A DNA stretch of 64,000 bases from contig CAVVOP010000021.1 of the NCBI GenBank assembly GCA_963749915.1, forward strand, positions 704,001 through 768,000. Reading direction: 5' to 3'. The stretch is from an uncultured cyanobacterium (GTDB taxonomy: Bacteria > Cyanobacteriota > Cyanobacteriia > Cyanobacteriales > Cyanobacteriaceae). Both the position numbers and the translations under genes were made by a program. This document shows, in pieces, positions 27,343 to 38,348 of the stretch. A model generated the notes under the pieces. It saw only the letters and a list, made by a program, of their open reading frames with translations. It was not told where the DNA came from and made no database searches. Positions within the stretch are counted from its first letter, which is position 1, and every line of letters starts with the position of its first letter.

Positions 27343-29616
27343 TTACAGGCTCAATTTAGGCTTAAATTTGCGTAATCTTAAGGCATTTGCCACTACTGAA
27401 ACTGAACTAAATGCCATAGCAGCACCCGCAATAATGGGATTGAGTAACCAGCCAAAGAAGGGATATAAAATTCCGGCGGCAATGGGAATACCAAGGCTAT
27501 TGTAAATATAGGCAAAAAAGAGATTTTCTTTAATATTTCTCATGGTGGCATGACTAAGTTGAATCGCGGTGACAATTCCCCGTAAATCGCCAGAAATTAA
27601 AGTTAAATCACTTGCTGCCATGGCCACATCCGTGCCTGTACCGATCGCTATTCCTACATCTGCCTGTGCTAAGGCGGGGGCATCATTAATACCATCACCT
27701 ACCATAGCCACAATTTTCTGTTTTTGTTTACGGCTTGGTCTTTCTTGTTGAATTTCTTGAATAATATTGGCTTTTTGGTCTGGACGTACTTGGGCGAAAA
27801 CTCTTTGAATACCGACTTCAGAAGCGATCGCTTCGGCGGTTTTTTGATTATCTCCTGTTAACATAACTACCTCTAACCCCATTTTTTGCAAGGATTTAAC
27901 CGCTTCAACGGAAGAAGGTTTGATGGCATCAGCAATACCGATTAAGCCCTCAATTTGTCCATCTACCGCTATTAGAGCAGTGGTTTTGGCTTCACTTTCC
28001 CATTGTTGACGGGTTGATTCTAACTGTTGAGAACCAATTTTTAAAGCATTCATCCAGTGTTGAGTACCAATTTGGACGAATTTACCTGAGACATTTCCTT
28101 GGACTCCCATTCCTGCAACAGCTTCAAAATTGTTTACATCGGGTAAAGGACTTGAAACTCCTTGAGATTTGGCATAGTTTACTACTGCTTCAGCTAAAGG
28201 ATGTTCGGAGTTTTTTTCGATCGCCGCCGCTATTGCTAAGAGTTCAATTTCATGATGATAGGCTACACCTTTAACGGTGATGTAGTTTGTCACACTGGGT
28301 TTACCTTCAGTAATAGTACCCGTTTTATCACAGACAATGGTATTGAGTTTATGGGCTAATTCCAGACTATCTGCCCCCTTAATTAACACTCCGTTTTCTG
28401 CCCCTTTTCCTGTACCAACCATAATTGAGGTCGGAGTTGCTAAACCCAAGGCACAGGGACAAGCAATAATTAAAACACCTACTGTGGTAATCATGGCGAG
28501 AGTTACATTGCCCATAGTATTAAACCAAATTATAAAAGTAAGAATGGCGATCGCGATTACTACAGGTACAAACCATCCCGTTACCTGATCTGCTAATTGT
28601 TGAATCGGGGCTTTACTACCTTGGGCATCTTTGACTAGCTGTACAATTTGAGCCAAGACCGTATCTTTGCCTACTTTGGTGGCTTTAAATTTAAAACTTC
28701 CAGTCTTATTAATGGTTGCCCCAATGACCTCATCACCAGCTCGTTTTTTAATAGGGATTGGTTCACCTGTTACCATAGACTCATCAATGGAAGATTCTCC
28801 TTCTACTACTTCTCCGTCTACAGGAATTTTTTCTCCAGGACGAACTAGAATGATATCTTCGACGACTACCTGTTTAATAGGAATATCTATCTCTTGTCCC
28901 TGACGAATTACCCTGGCGGTTTTTGCCTGTAAACCCATTAATTTACGAATAGCTTCTGAAGTTTGTCCTTTGGCTCGATTTTCCAATAATCTGCCTAAAA
29001 GAACCAGAGTAATCACAACTCCTGCTACTTCGTAATAAACCGCTACTTGAACGCCCTGAGATTCTAAAATGTTAGGAAAGATGGTGGCAAAAAAAGAGTA
29101 AAGATAAGCGACTCCCGTGCCTAAAGCGACTAAAGTGTCCATATTAGCAGAATGCCGCTTAAAAGCTTTCCAGCCGCCGGCAAAAAAGTCTTTCCCAACC
29201 CAAAACATTACGGGAGTTACTAACACAAACTGCACCCAAGAATTGTGTAACCATTGAGGAATCCAAGGTATTTCTAAACCTGTCATCATGGGTAAAACAC
29301 CGATAATTAATAAAACACTGATGATGCCACCTAAGATGACTTTGTGAGTTAATTCTTTTTGTTCAGCAATTCTGGCTTTTTTCTCGGCATCATGATCTTC
29401 TTCTGAGTCTAAAAAAGCCGAATATCCTGCTTCAGTTACTGCTTGTTGAATTTGAGTTAAATTAGTTATTTGAGGATTATAAGAAACGGTTGCTTGAGAG
29501 AGGGCAAAATTAACATTACATTCTTTTACTCCTGAAACTTCTTTAACAGCTTTTTCGATACTAGATGCACAACCAGCACAACTCATTCCTTGGAGTTGAA
29601 GACGAATATTTTCCAT
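27343..29616 (-). CDS. Cu(I)-translocating P1B-type ATPase (PacS/CopA-like)
   Basis: GMSCAGC HMA domain, [40 protein letters not shown] and MAFSS (P1B-1 signatures). Confidence 0.95.
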   Translation of the reverse strand: MENIRLQLQGMSCAGCASSIEKAVKEVSGVKECNVNFALSQATVSYNPQITNLTQIQQAVTEAGYSAFLDSEEDHDAEKKARIAEQKELTHKVILGGIISVLLIIGVLPMMTGLEIPWIPQWLHNSWVQFVLVTPVMFWVGKDFFAGGWKAFKRHSANMDTLVALGTGVAYLYSFFATIFPNILESQGVQVAVYYEVAGVVITLVLLGRLLENRAKGQTSEAIRKLMGLQAKTARVIRQGQEIDIPIKQVVVEDIILVRPGEKIPVDGEVVEGESSIDESMVTGEPIPIKKRAGDEVIGATINKTGSFKFKATKVGKDTVLAQIVQLVKDAQGSKAPIQQLADQVTGWFVPVVIAIAILTFIIWFNTMGNVTLAMITTVGVLIIACPCALGLATPTSIMVGTGKGAENGVLIKGADSLELAHKLNTIVCDKTGTITEGKPSVTNYITVKGVAYHHEIELLAIAAAIEKNSEHPLAEAVVNYAKSQGVSSPLPDVNNFEAVAGMGVQGNVSGKFVQIGTQHWMNALKIGSQQLESTRQQWESEAKTTALIAVDGQIEGLIGIADAIKPSSVEAVKSLQKMGLEVVMLTGDNQKTAEAIASEVGIQRVFAQVRPDQKANIIQEIQQERPSRKQKQKIVAMVGDGINDAPALAQADVGIAIGTGTDVAMAASDLTLISGDLRGIVTAIQLSHATMRNIKENLFFAYIYNSLGIPIAAGILYPFFGWLLNPIIAGAAMAFSSVSVVANALRLRKFKPKLSL

Positions 29617-29785
29617 AACTTACTTCCTCATTATTTTAGATTCTTTTTTTGTCATTAAAGCGAGCCACTGCCGACAAATTTTGTACAGTTTTCTCGATAG
29701 TTTTGTCACAGAAATCACTCATCATCTTTTTCCCCGGACAACCACACTAAATATTTGATTATTTGCTAATTTGTTTGATTCAAAG

Positions 29786-30370
29786 TTAATTAGGCTGGCG
29801 TTGTCTCCAACCATGCCAAACTGGAAAACCGTTTTCATCCCTTAAAGTTAAGGTTTGATCACTCTTCTGTACCTTAGTAGTTATCATGGCAGATTGCCCA
29901 CTAAAGTTGACTCTTGATCCTGTGACCGTAATCTTATCTGAGGGCTGAATCTGGATATCCTGGTTTTGTAGATACCAGGCTGGTCCTAAATGGACGTCAA
30001 CTGTCTCACTATCTGTTGTCAAGCGCAGGTGCATTCCCTGAGACATGCCGCCCATTGGCGTAAAGGTATCTATGCTAACCACTTCCCCGCTGATAGTTTC
30101 TATACTATTGGGATCATACATTCTGCTATATGGGGAACGGTATCCCCAACCTCCACCTCCACAACATCCCGGGAAGCCTCCGGGACTATATTGAGCAATC
30201 AATTGATCGTTTTGATTTGATCTTTCCCCATAATGAGTAAAGTTAGAAGAGAAATTTTCTTTTCTTTCCTCATCAAGATTTGCTAAGGAAGGTGCTGCTG
30301 TTAGTGCCAACAGTCCGAACCCAAATAGAGCAATAACAATAAGAGTTTTGTAGCGCAAATTGTTAGTCAT
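29786..30370 (-). CDS. Exported OB-fold-like hypothetical protein (YDP..TI.G.V...VHLGP.WY family)
   Basis: Signal-peptide-like N-terminus, GCCGGGGWG linker, YDPNSIETISGEV, VHLGPAWYL, LRDENGFPVW. Confidence 0.6.
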   Translation of the reverse strand: MTNNLRYKTLIVIALFGFGLLALTAAPSLANLDEERKENFSSNFTHYGERSNQNDQLIAQYSPGGFPGCCGGGGWGYRSPYSRMYDPNSIETISGEVVSIDTFTPMGGMSQGMHLRLTTDSETVDVHLGPAWYLQNQDIQIQPSDKITVTGSRVNFSGQSAMITTKVQKSDQTLTLRDENGFPVWHGWRQRQPN

Positions 30371-30423
30371 TTTTTCTCCCCATTATTGATGGATATCTTT
30401 TACTTCCATGTTGCTACCCAAAT

Positions 30424-30440
30424 ATGAAATCAGGATGAAT
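30424..30440 (-). promoter_or_regulatory. Putative CopR-type direct repeat ATTCAT-N5-TTTCAT
   Basis: 11-bp-period TTCAT direct repeat about 55 bp upstream of the first gene of the copper operon; same form as the cyanobacterial CopR box. Confidence 0.5.
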
Positions 30441-30749
30441 TTGTCCAAGTTGCTTAACAAATTGTTACTAATATCAAGAATTTAATCCAATCCATTAAGT
30501 TTTGTTAATTGATTATCTACTGATAAACCCAATCCCTAACCTCCTTTATCTCTAGCCGGTTATGATATGAAGTAAAAGCCTAATAAAGTTTATGACTCTA
30601 GCAATTGCTCTTGAACCTGCACCTATAGAAACTGAGCGGAACGTCAACGTCAGGCAAATGTGATTCAGCAGGAGGCTGAACAACGTTTTAATCCCATTGG
30701 AATACGCGATCGCCTGCTTGCTAGGCGAAATCAATTCAGGTAATCCAAA

Positions 30750-31178
30750 ATGGTTCGATTTCTAGCTGATGAAAATTTTAATCACCAAATTGTGCGAGGC
30801 GTTCTTCGTCAAAAACCAGATATTAATATTGTGCGTGTTCAAGATGTGGACTTATCGGGAGCAGATGACCCAGCGGTTTTAGCATGGGCAGCTCAAGAAG
30901 TACGAATTGTTCTGACTGATGATGTTGCTACCATGATAACTTTTGCATATCAACGCATCCAAGCAGGATTATCTATGCCGGGATTGTTTGAGGTGAGTCG
31001 TCGTGTTCCGGTAGGTTTAGTTATAGAGGAAATTATTTTGATTGATTGGATTTTGACCGATACAGTTCTCAACCCGCTATTATTAAGATATGAGTTGCCG
31101 CGCCTAGGTAAACTTTTTACTAAGGAAGGAAGAGATCTCTTTGTCTCTTCGACGCCCTGCTCGGTAAGCTTCAAATAA
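30750..31178 (+). CDS. DUF5615 PIN-like protein, C-terminus probably replaced
   Basis: RFLADENFN..IVRG, VQDVDLSGADDPAVLAWAA, RIVLT.D; no cognate DUF433 partner seen. Confidence 0.7.
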   Translation: MVRFLADENFNHQIVRGVLRQKPDINIVRVQDVDLSGADDPAVLAWAAQEVRIVLTDDVATMITFAYQRIQAGLSMPGLFEVSRRVPVGLVIEEIILIDWILTDTVLNPLLLRYELPRLGKLFTKEGRDLFVSSTPCSVSFK

Positions 31179-31205
31179 CCTAACAAAGTGAAGGAGAAGA
31201 TTAAA

Positions 31206-31370
31206 ATGCCACGTCAAGTCGGAGATCGTTATGTCTGCGAAAAGTGCGGAGCCCAGCTTGTTTATGAGAAGCCTTGTCCCTGTCCAGAAACTATGCCCCA
31301 TTCAGAAATATGTTGTGGAGAGCAGATGAAGCTTGTATCGGAACAGACTCCGGTAAAGACTGACAAATAA
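31206..31370 (+). CDS. Small Cys-rich desulforedoxin-like metal-binding protein
   Basis: AAGGAG RBS; YVCEKCG...PCPC...H.EICCGEQM, i.e. the CxxC-Xn-CCG..M desulforedoxin pattern plus an extra CPC. Confidence 0.65.
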   Translation: MPRQVGDRYVCEKCGAQLVYEKPCPCPETMPHSEICCGEQMKLVSEQTPVKTDK

Positions 31371-31502
31371 GTTCTATGGCTCCCATAAATGTCCGCATTC
31401 TAAAATCGCTAATACGTTCTGGAATATTCAGTAGTAGGGACGTATTATCAAAAATGGCGGAACTTTCTACGATCGCAATCTTGTAGCTTGGGAGGTACCG
31501 TT

Positions 31503-31667
31503 ATGGCAGACTCCCACCTTCATCAAGACTGTTGTTGCCATGGTGGAAAACAAGCTCAAGTCATACCCCCTACAATTCCAGCTGATAACCATGGCGAATG
31601 TTGTGGTCAGAATCATGGTGATAATGGCAAGGAGTTTGACTTGTGGGGAGAAATGAAACTAATTATC
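31503..31667 (+). pseudogene. N-terminal His/Cys-rich fragment of a probable Zn/Cd P1B ATPase, cut by IS1634
   Basis: GGAGG RBS; MADSHLHQDCCCHGG...HGECCGQNHGDNGKEFDL..E.KLI, ending at the IS boundary. Confidence 0.5.
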
Positions 31668-33660
31668 TCATTCTCCGCACTTCAAAAAATAGTATAAAAC
31701 ACTACGCAGAAATCGCAAAGATTGCTGAGTATAAATACTCAAGAAATCTCGAGGAAAAAGCTGAGATAATAAACAGGTCATTAAAAAGATAAGAAAACAG
31801 AAAAAAGTGTCACCATTAGAAACAATAGAAATAAAAAATATAGACCATTTAGGAATAGTAGCAGGAATAATAGATGAGATAGGAATAGTCGAAGTAATAA
31901 ATGAAAGATTAGGTGTAGATAAAAGAGAAAAAATAACCAGTGGACAAGTAGTAAAAGCGATGATAATAAATGGATTAGGAATGGTCTCACGACCTCTATA
32001 CTTATTTAGCCAATTTTTTGAAGATAAAGCAGTAGAAAAATTGTTAGGTTCCCAAATAAAAAGTGAATATTTAAACGATGATAAAATAGGACGAGTAATG
32101 GATGAAATATATGAACTAGGATTAACAAATATCTTTATTGAAATAGTTTTATTAGTAATAAAAAAGTTTAACATCGAAACCAAATATAGTCATTTAGATG
32201 CAACATCATTTCATTTGCATGGAGAATATCAAAATGAAGAAGTAAAAGAAGAAAGTGAAGAAATAATCAAAAAAAGACCTATTTTAATCAAGAAAGGATA
32301 TTCTCGTGACCATAGGTTTGATTTAAAACAATGTGTCTTAGATTTAATCGTTAGTAATGATAATGCTATACCATTATTTATGAGAGCTGCAGATGGAAAT
32401 GAAACGGATAAAAAAGCATTTGGTCAAATAGTTGTTGAGTTTAAAAAACGAATAAAAATAGATAGTATAATCGTCGCAGATAGTGCATTATACAGTGAAA
32501 AGAATCTAAAATTAATGGGAAATATAAAGTATATAACCAGAGTACCATTAACGATAAAAGAGGCAAAAGAATTAATCGAAACAGTAGAAATAGAAGAAAT
32601 AAAAATCTTAGAAAAGATGAGAGAAGAAGAAAGAGAACTCAGGGAAGAATTTAAGAAGAAAGGATATAAATGGAGAGAAGAAAAAGTAGAATATAAAGGG
32701 TTAAAACAAAGATGGTTAATAGTAGAGAGTGATGCCAGAAAAAAAAGTGATTTAAAGAAATTAGAGCAAAAAATAGAAACGGAAAAAGAAAAAGCAATAA
32801 AAAAAGTAAAAGAATTAGAAAAAGAAGAGTTTGCCGAAATATCAACGGCTAGATATCAATTAACAGATAACAATAAAAAAAGCAAATTTTTTACCCTGGT
32901 TGAAGAGGAAATAATTGAATCGAGTAATCAGGGGAAAAAAGTTTATAAAATTAAAGTAAAAATAGAAGAAAATATAGAACTTAAAGAAAGAAAAATTAGA
33001 GGAGCGGGGAGATTTATTTTAGCGACAAATATGTTGGAGCAAGAAGAAATTAGTTCAGGAGAAATACTCTTAAATTATAAGAACCAACAAGGTTGTGAAC
33101 AAGGATTTGGTTTTCTCAAAGACCCTTTGTTTTTTGCCGATAGTTTCTTTGTAGAAAAGCCTTCAAGGGTAGAAACAATTTTGTGGATAATGTCTTTATG
33201 TTTATTAGTTTATAACCTGGGTCAAAGGGAACTAAGAAACAGTTTAAAAAGAAGCAAAAATTTTGTCAAAAATCAAGTAGGTAAACTGATTAACCATCCG
33301 ACTCTCAGATGGATATTTCAGAGTTTTCAAGGCATTCATTACCTCTCAATAAATGGTAGAACTCAAGTTATTAATTTAACTGAAGAACGAAGTTTTATCT
33401 TAGAATTTTTGCCTTCTTCTTGCCAAAAGTATTACCTCTAATGAAATTATTTTTGAACTAAATTGTGATAATGACAATGAAATAATATTTTCAGGGAGTG
33501 ATCAATATTCCTCATGTTTTCTCGTGGAAAAATTTATTGATTTTCTTGTGCTACACAATATATACTAAGACAATACTTGTTGTTTCTGACAACGATCGCT
33601 TTAGGGAGTAGCATTTTTTGATAAGACGGTACAATTACTTTTGTAATCTGCGGAATGTGG
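31668..33660 (+). mobile_element. IS1634-family insertion sequence
   Basis: Intact transposase; right end CTGCGGAATGTGG. Left end is approximate (CATTCTCCGCAC). Confidence 0.8.
31807..33441 (+). CDS. IS1634-family DDE transposase
   Basis: NIDHLGIVAG, HLDATSFHLHGEY, GYSRDHRFDLKQ, VADSALY, GRFILATN, EQGFGFLKDP, PTLRWIFQ. Confidence 0.93.
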   Translation: MSPLETIEIKNIDHLGIVAGIIDEIGIVEVINERLGVDKREKITSGQVVKAMIINGLGMVSRPLYLFSQFFEDKAVEKLLGSQIKSEYLNDDKIGRVMDEIYELGLTNIFIEIVLLVIKKFNIETKYSHLDATSFHLHGEYQNEEVKEESEEIIKKRPILIKKGYSRDHRFDLKQCVLDLIVSNDNAIPLFMRAADGNETDKKAFGQIVVEFKKRIKIDSIIVADSALYSEKNLKLMGNIKYITRVPLTIKEAKELIETVEIEEIKILEKMREEERELREEFKKKGYKWREEKVEYKGLKQRWLIVESDARKKSDLKKLEQKIETEKEKAIKKVKELEKEEFAEISTARYQLTDNNKKSKFFTLVEEEIIESSNQGKKVYKIKVKIEENIELKERKIRGAGRFILATNMLEQEEISSGEILLNYKNQQGCEQGFGFLKDPLFFADSFFVEKPSRVETILWIMSLCLLVYNLGQRELRNSLKRSKNFVKNQVGKLINHPTLRWIFQSFQGIHYLSINGRTQVINLTEERSFILEFLPSSCQKYYL

Positions 33661-33732
33661 ATTTTGAAGTTAGTTCATAATGAGGATTTTAGCCTTCGGT
33701 GAATAATCCAGGCTAACCTAGCAGTATTACAT

Positions 33733-33790
33733 CCCACGCCGAAACCTAGTTGTTTTTTTGTCGTGTTTACGGCGTGGGGCTTCTTTTGAC
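33733..33790. mobile_element. Orphan IS200/IS605-type end hairpin
   Basis: CCCACGCCG...CGGCGTGGG stem followed by TTTTGAC|ATTTAA, the same junction as at 37848-37860 on the opposite strand. Confidence 0.55.
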
Positions 33791-33802
33791 ATTTAAACTA
33801 AA

Positions 33803-36322
33803 CTAAAGGATTTGTTGTGTCATGATAAATTCTTGTACTTTACTACGATAAATTTGCAAATGTTCCTCTACCCATTCTCGACCATCGCTGTTAGCATAAA
33901 TATGAATTAAGGGTTCTTCCGCATCAGGTAAAATTAACACCCAGTTATCGCTATGACGTTCCACTATTTTTACTCCGTCAATTAATTCTAGTTTTTCTTG
34001 AGATTCCGTTTCTACTAAGTGACGCATTAATGAACCTTTAACCTTCCAAGGACAACGCAAAGAAAGAGACTTATGACAAACAAGGGGCAATTCACTTTTG
34101 ACTTGAGTGAGGGATCGCTCTTGTACGGTAAGCATTTCTATTAATTTAGCAATGGTAAACATCGCATCAAAACCTGGATGAACTTGAGGAAAAATAAAAC
34201 CCATATCACCGCTACCTCCTAACACCACATTATGACTATGCTGTGTTGCCTCCATGATAGCCGTAGGATTCGCTTTAGTGCGAATAACCTTTCCATCATG
34301 ACGACGGGCAATTTGTTCCACCGCCGAAGATGTATTTACAGGAATGACTACTGTTCCCCTGGGATGAGCTGTTAAAATGGCATTCACCATCAAAGCCGTC
34401 AATTCTTCCCCCCGAATTTGCATGCCTGATTCATCTACTAAAACCAATAATTCTCCATTGGCAGAGACTTGTACCCCAAAGTTAGCCTTTAAGGCCTCCA
34501 CCACATGGCCTAATTGAAATAAAAGGTTTTCTCTTTCAGGTGTTGACATCGCCCTTTGACGCAAACTAGCATTTAAAACCACCGCATCACAGCCAAATTT
34601 AGCTAATAATTGCGGTAAAATCGCCCCTGAGACGGAATAAACATAGTCAATTACAATTTTACTATTACTATTGGTAATCGCCTCAAGATTTAGATGAGCT
34701 TCAAATGTATTACGATAGGTGTCGAATACTTGAACTTGAGAAAGAGAAGACACATCACCAATATCCATGGCCTGTACTCTTCTTAAATCTTCTTTGAAAT
34801 AAGCACCTTCGATTTTTTTCTCTTTAGCTTTAGAGATATTAATGCCATTGGGGTCGAAAATTTCAATCAAAATATAGTCATGGCGATCAGGATGCAATCT
34901 TACATGAACACCTCCAACTACTCCTAATTTTGGAGTCATGGTACGAGAAATGGGAATAGCAGTTGAATCTAAGTTTTGAATATCAATACCCACGGACATT
35001 AAACCAGCAATAAAGGAACGACTTACCATGCGAGATACGCTACGCTGATCTCTCGATACCACAACACTGCTACGAGGTTTCAGGGTTGAACCATAGGCGG
35101 CACCAAGTTTAACGGCAAATTCAGGGGTAATGTCAATATTTGCTAACCCTGTAACTCCTCTTTGACCAAAAAGGTTACGATGGGCAATATTACCCCAAAT
35201 TAAGTTAATGTTTAAAATTGCACCCGATTCGATGCGTTTACTGGGCCAAACTCTCACTCCTGTATTGATTTGGGATTCTTCCCCAAGATTACATAATTGA
35301 CCGATTACTGCCCCTTCCAGAATTTGCGATCGCCGATCAATTCTTGTACCTCTAGCGATAACACAAGCTGAAAGAGATGATTCTTCCCCCACAATAACGC
35401 CATTCCAAACAATGGGACGATTGAGTTCGGCATCCTCACCAATGGTGACATTATCACCGATGGTTGTCCCACTCCGAATTTTTGCCCTGGCACCGATGCG
35501 ACAATGACTACCAATCAGAGAAGGACTTTCCACTACTGCCGTGGGATCGATATAAGTATTTTCCCCAATCCATATACCCTCTGCCGTTTCCATGTAAGGA
35601 AATTTCAGACTAACTTTGCGATCTAAAGCATCATAATGAGCATCTCGATAGGTTTCTAAATTGCCCACATCACACCAGTAACCATCAGCAACATAACCAT
35701 ACATCGGTTCATTCCGTTTCAGAAGTAAGGGAAATAAATCCTGAGAAAAATCAGCTTCTTCTTGTAAAGGTAAATAGGCCAAAACTTCCGGCTCAAGAAT
35801 ATAAGTTCCCGTGTTGACGGTATCGGAAAAAATTTCGCTAGAGGAAGGTTTTTCTAAAAAGCGTTGTATTTTACCGTCTTTATCTGTAATAACCACCCCA
35901 AACTCAATGGGATTAGGTACTCTAGCTAAAATTAAAGTAGCCTGAGATTTTTTTTCTCGGTGAAAAGCGATAGCGTCTTGTAAATTAAAATCCGTGATAC
36001 TATCGCCACTGATAACCACAAAAGTATCATCTAACATTTGTTCAATATTTTTGACACACCCAGCAGTCCCGAGGGGTTGATCTTCCTCGATGGCATATTT
36101 CATGATCACATCAAAATCTTTACCATCCTGAAAATAATTTTGGAAAATATCCGGTAAATAGTGCAGAGTAGCAATTATTTCATTAATACCTTGACGTTTA
36201 AGTAAATTAACAATATGTTCTGCGATCGGTCTGTTTAAGACGGGTACCATCGGCTTAGGCAAATCGCAAGTCAAAGGACGTAATCTTGTACCCGAACCAC
36301 CAGCCATTAAAACAGCACGCAT
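33803..36322 (-). CDS. Mannose-1-phosphate guanylyltransferase / phosphomannomutase-like fusion
   Basis: MRAVLMAGGSGTRLRPLTCDLPKPM, PLGTAG, hexapeptide repeats, C-terminal phosphohexomutase-like domain (LFGQRGV). Confidence 0.9.
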   Translation of the reverse strand: MRAVLMAGGSGTRLRPLTCDLPKPMVPVLNRPIAEHIVNLLKRQGINEIIATLHYLPDIFQNYFQDGKDFDVIMKYAIEEDQPLGTAGCVKNIEQMLDDTFVVISGDSITDFNLQDAIAFHREKKSQATLILARVPNPIEFGVVITDKDGKIQRFLEKPSSSEIFSDTVNTGTYILEPEVLAYLPLQEEADFSQDLFPLLLKRNEPMYGYVADGYWCDVGNLETYRDAHYDALDRKVSLKFPYMETAEGIWIGENTYIDPTAVVESPSLIGSHCRIGARAKIRSGTTIGDNVTIGEDAELNRPIVWNGVIVGEESSLSACVIARGTRIDRRSQILEGAVIGQLCNLGEESQINTGVRVWPSKRIESGAILNINLIWGNIAHRNLFGQRGVTGLANIDITPEFAVKLGAAYGSTLKPRSSVVVSRDQRSVSRMVSRSFIAGLMSVGIDIQNLDSTAIPISRTMTPKLGVVGGVHVRLHPDRHDYILIEIFDPNGINISKAKEKKIEGAYFKEDLRRVQAMDIGDVSSLSQVQVFDTYRNTFEAHLNLEAITNSNSKIVIDYVYSVSGAILPQLLAKFGCDAVVLNASLRQRAMSTPERENLLFQLGHVVEALKANFGVQVSANGELLVLVDESGMQIRGEELTALMVNAILTAHPRGTVVIPVNTSSAVEQIARRHDGKVIRTKANPTAIMEATQHSHNVVLGGSGDMGFIFPQVHPGFDAMFTIAKLIEMLTVQERSLTQVKSELPLVCHKSLSLRCPWKVKGSLMRHLVETESQEKLELIDGVKIVERHSDNWVLILPDAEEPLIHIYANSDGREWVEEHLQIYRSKVQEFIMTQQIL

Positions 36323-36433
36323 AAAACCCCCTTTAACAATGAACCATAAACACAATAAACAATGAACAATTAATTGTAACTGTTGCCTGTTCCCGATTGA
36401 CTATTCCCTTAATTATTACTTATTCCTTATGCA

Positions 36434-37729
36434 CTAAATTCCTAATCGTTGATAAATTGTATCAAGATTCTTCAAATGTTGTTGCGGATCAAAGCAATTA
36501 TCAATTTCGGAATCTGATAATAGCTGTTTAACTTCGGCATTATTTTCAATTAAATTACGAAAATTACCGTCTTGAATATTCCAGGCCTGATGGGCGCAAC
36601 CCTGTACAAGTTTATAAGCATTTTCTCGACTCATCCCTTTAGCCACTAAAGCTAGTAACACTTTTTGACTAAAGATGACACCGCCATAGACATTCATATT
36701 TCTTGCCATATTCTCAGGATACACTAACAAGTTTTGAATCAAATTAGTGGTTTCCTCCAACATAAAATGAATCAAAATGCAAGTATCAGGTAAAATAACT
36801 CTTTCAACGGAACTATGGGAAATATCCCTTTCATGCCATAAAGCTACATTTTCTAAGGCCGCTATCGCATTACCTCTGATAATTCTTGCCATACCTGCAA
36901 TACGTTCACTACGGATAGGGTTACGTTTATGAGGCATCGCAGAAGATCCTTTTTGTCCTTTAGAAAAATACTCCTCCACTTCTAGGACATCAGTACGTTG
37001 TAAGTTGCGAATCTCCACAGAAAATCTTTCTAAGGACGCTGCGACTAAGGCGATTTGTTGGACAAACTCTGCATGACGATCCCTTGAGATGACTTGAGTT
37101 GAGGCGGTATCAGGTTCTAATCCTAACAAGTTACAGGCGATGGCTTCAACACGGGGATCAATATTAGCATAAGTACCCACAGCACCAGAAATTTTCCCTA
37201 CGGCTATATCTTGTCGTAACTTCACAAGACGATCACGGTTACGACGCATTTCTGCTAACCAACCAGCCAATTTAAACCCGAAGGTAATGGGTTCAGCATG
37301 AATACCGTGAGATCGCCCCACCATAAAAGTATAACGGTGTTGTTGTGCCTGATAACGGATGGTTTGAATAGTAGTCTCCACACTTTCGAGAATTAGATTT
37401 AAACTAGCCACCATCTGCAATGCTAAAGCAGTATCAAGCATATCAGAGCTAGTCATACCGAGATGAATATATCTTCCTGCATCTCCTACATATTCATTAA
37501 CATTAGTCAAAAAAGCGATAACATCGTGGCGAACTTCCGCTTCAATTTCTAAGACTCGTTGAACATCAAAATTTGCCTTAGCCTTAATTTCTGCCACCAT
37601 TTCTCTGGGAATATTACCCACTTCTGCCTGTGCTTCACATACGGCAATTTCCACTTGTAACCATGTTTTTAAACGATATTCGTCTGTCCAAATTCCGCCC
37701 ATTTCGGGAAAGGTATAGCGTTCAATCAC
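36434..37729 (-). CDS. purB: Adenylosuccinate lyase
   Basis: MIERY, RHDVIAF, HLGMTSSD, GRSHGIHAEP, GSSAMPHKRNP, WHERDISHSSVER. Confidence 0.97.
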   Translation of the reverse strand: MIERYTFPEMGGIWTDEYRLKTWLQVEIAVCEAQAEVGNIPREMVAEIKAKANFDVQRVLEIEAEVRHDVIAFLTNVNEYVGDAGRYIHLGMTSSDMLDTALALQMVASLNLILESVETTIQTIRYQAQQHRYTFMVGRSHGIHAEPITFGFKLAGWLAEMRRNRDRLVKLRQDIAVGKISGAVGTYANIDPRVEAIACNLLGLEPDTASTQVISRDRHAEFVQQIALVAASLERFSVEIRNLQRTDVLEVEEYFSKGQKGSSAMPHKRNPIRSERIAGMARIIRGNAIAALENVALWHERDISHSSVERVILPDTCILIHFMLEETTNLIQNLLVYPENMARNMNVYGGVIFSQKVLLALVAKGMSRENAYKLVQGCAHQAWNIQDGNFRNLIENNAEVKQLLSDSEIDNCFDPQQHLKNLDTIYQRLGI

Positions 37730-37876
37730 TGCATTTTTTAGCTTTTTGCAAATACAACTGCTATATCTTACTATAAAAGCAAAGCCTAATTAACAATGAA
37801 TTGGGAGTTGGTCAGGGCAAACCCACGGATTTACCCACATTTCTATCTTAAATGTCAAAAATTGCTTAGCAATTCC

Positions 37877-38293
37877 TTATTCTTGAGGTGATTTTTGATT
37901 CTCCACATATTGTTTTAATTGACTTACAGTTACGCCACCACAACTAGCAACAAAATAAGCACCAGTCCAAAAATAAGGTTTATTGTCGAAATACTTACTA
38001 GCTAAATCAGGATAATCTTTTCTAATCAAACGACTGCTAACTGTTTTTAAATTAGCAATCAACTTTGATAAAGCAATATCAGGTTTGTAATCAATTAACA
38101 AATGGACATGGTCACTTTCACCATTAAATTCCACTAACTTACATTCCCATTTAGCTAATGTGTCTGTAAATATTTCTTTTAGCCTTTGCAATACTTTCTC
38201 ATTAATTGCCTTTTGACGATATTTTGTGACTAAAACCACCTGAGCGGTAAGTTTATACGTTGACCTAAAACCTTTATGATAATTCCTTGTCAT
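37877..38293 (-). CDS. tnpA: IS200-type Y1 HUH transposase TnpA
   Basis: VTKYR, DHVHLL (HUH), LKTVSSR, FWTGAYF, YVENQ. Confidence 0.92.
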   Translation of the reverse strand: MTRNYHKGFRSTYKLTAQVVLVTKYRQKAINEKVLQRLKEIFTDTLAKWECKLVEFNGESDHVHLLIDYKPDIALSKLIANLKTVSSRLIRKDYPDLASKYFDNKPYFWTGAYFVASCGGVTVSQLKQYVENQKSPQE

Positions 38294-38348
38294 TATTAAT
38301 CGTTAAAGTTTATAATTAAGATTATAACCACTGTTAACTGTTTCTTTC

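Noticed and set aside
29786..30370. Resemblance to magnetosome MamS/MamX-type domains
   Set aside because: No other magnetosome genes are present, and the copper-island context explains the gene better.
37813..37826. CAGGGCAAACCCAC resembling the ISAs1 terminal repeat
   Set aside because: Single short imperfect match with no partner repeat or transposase; may be chance or an old scar.
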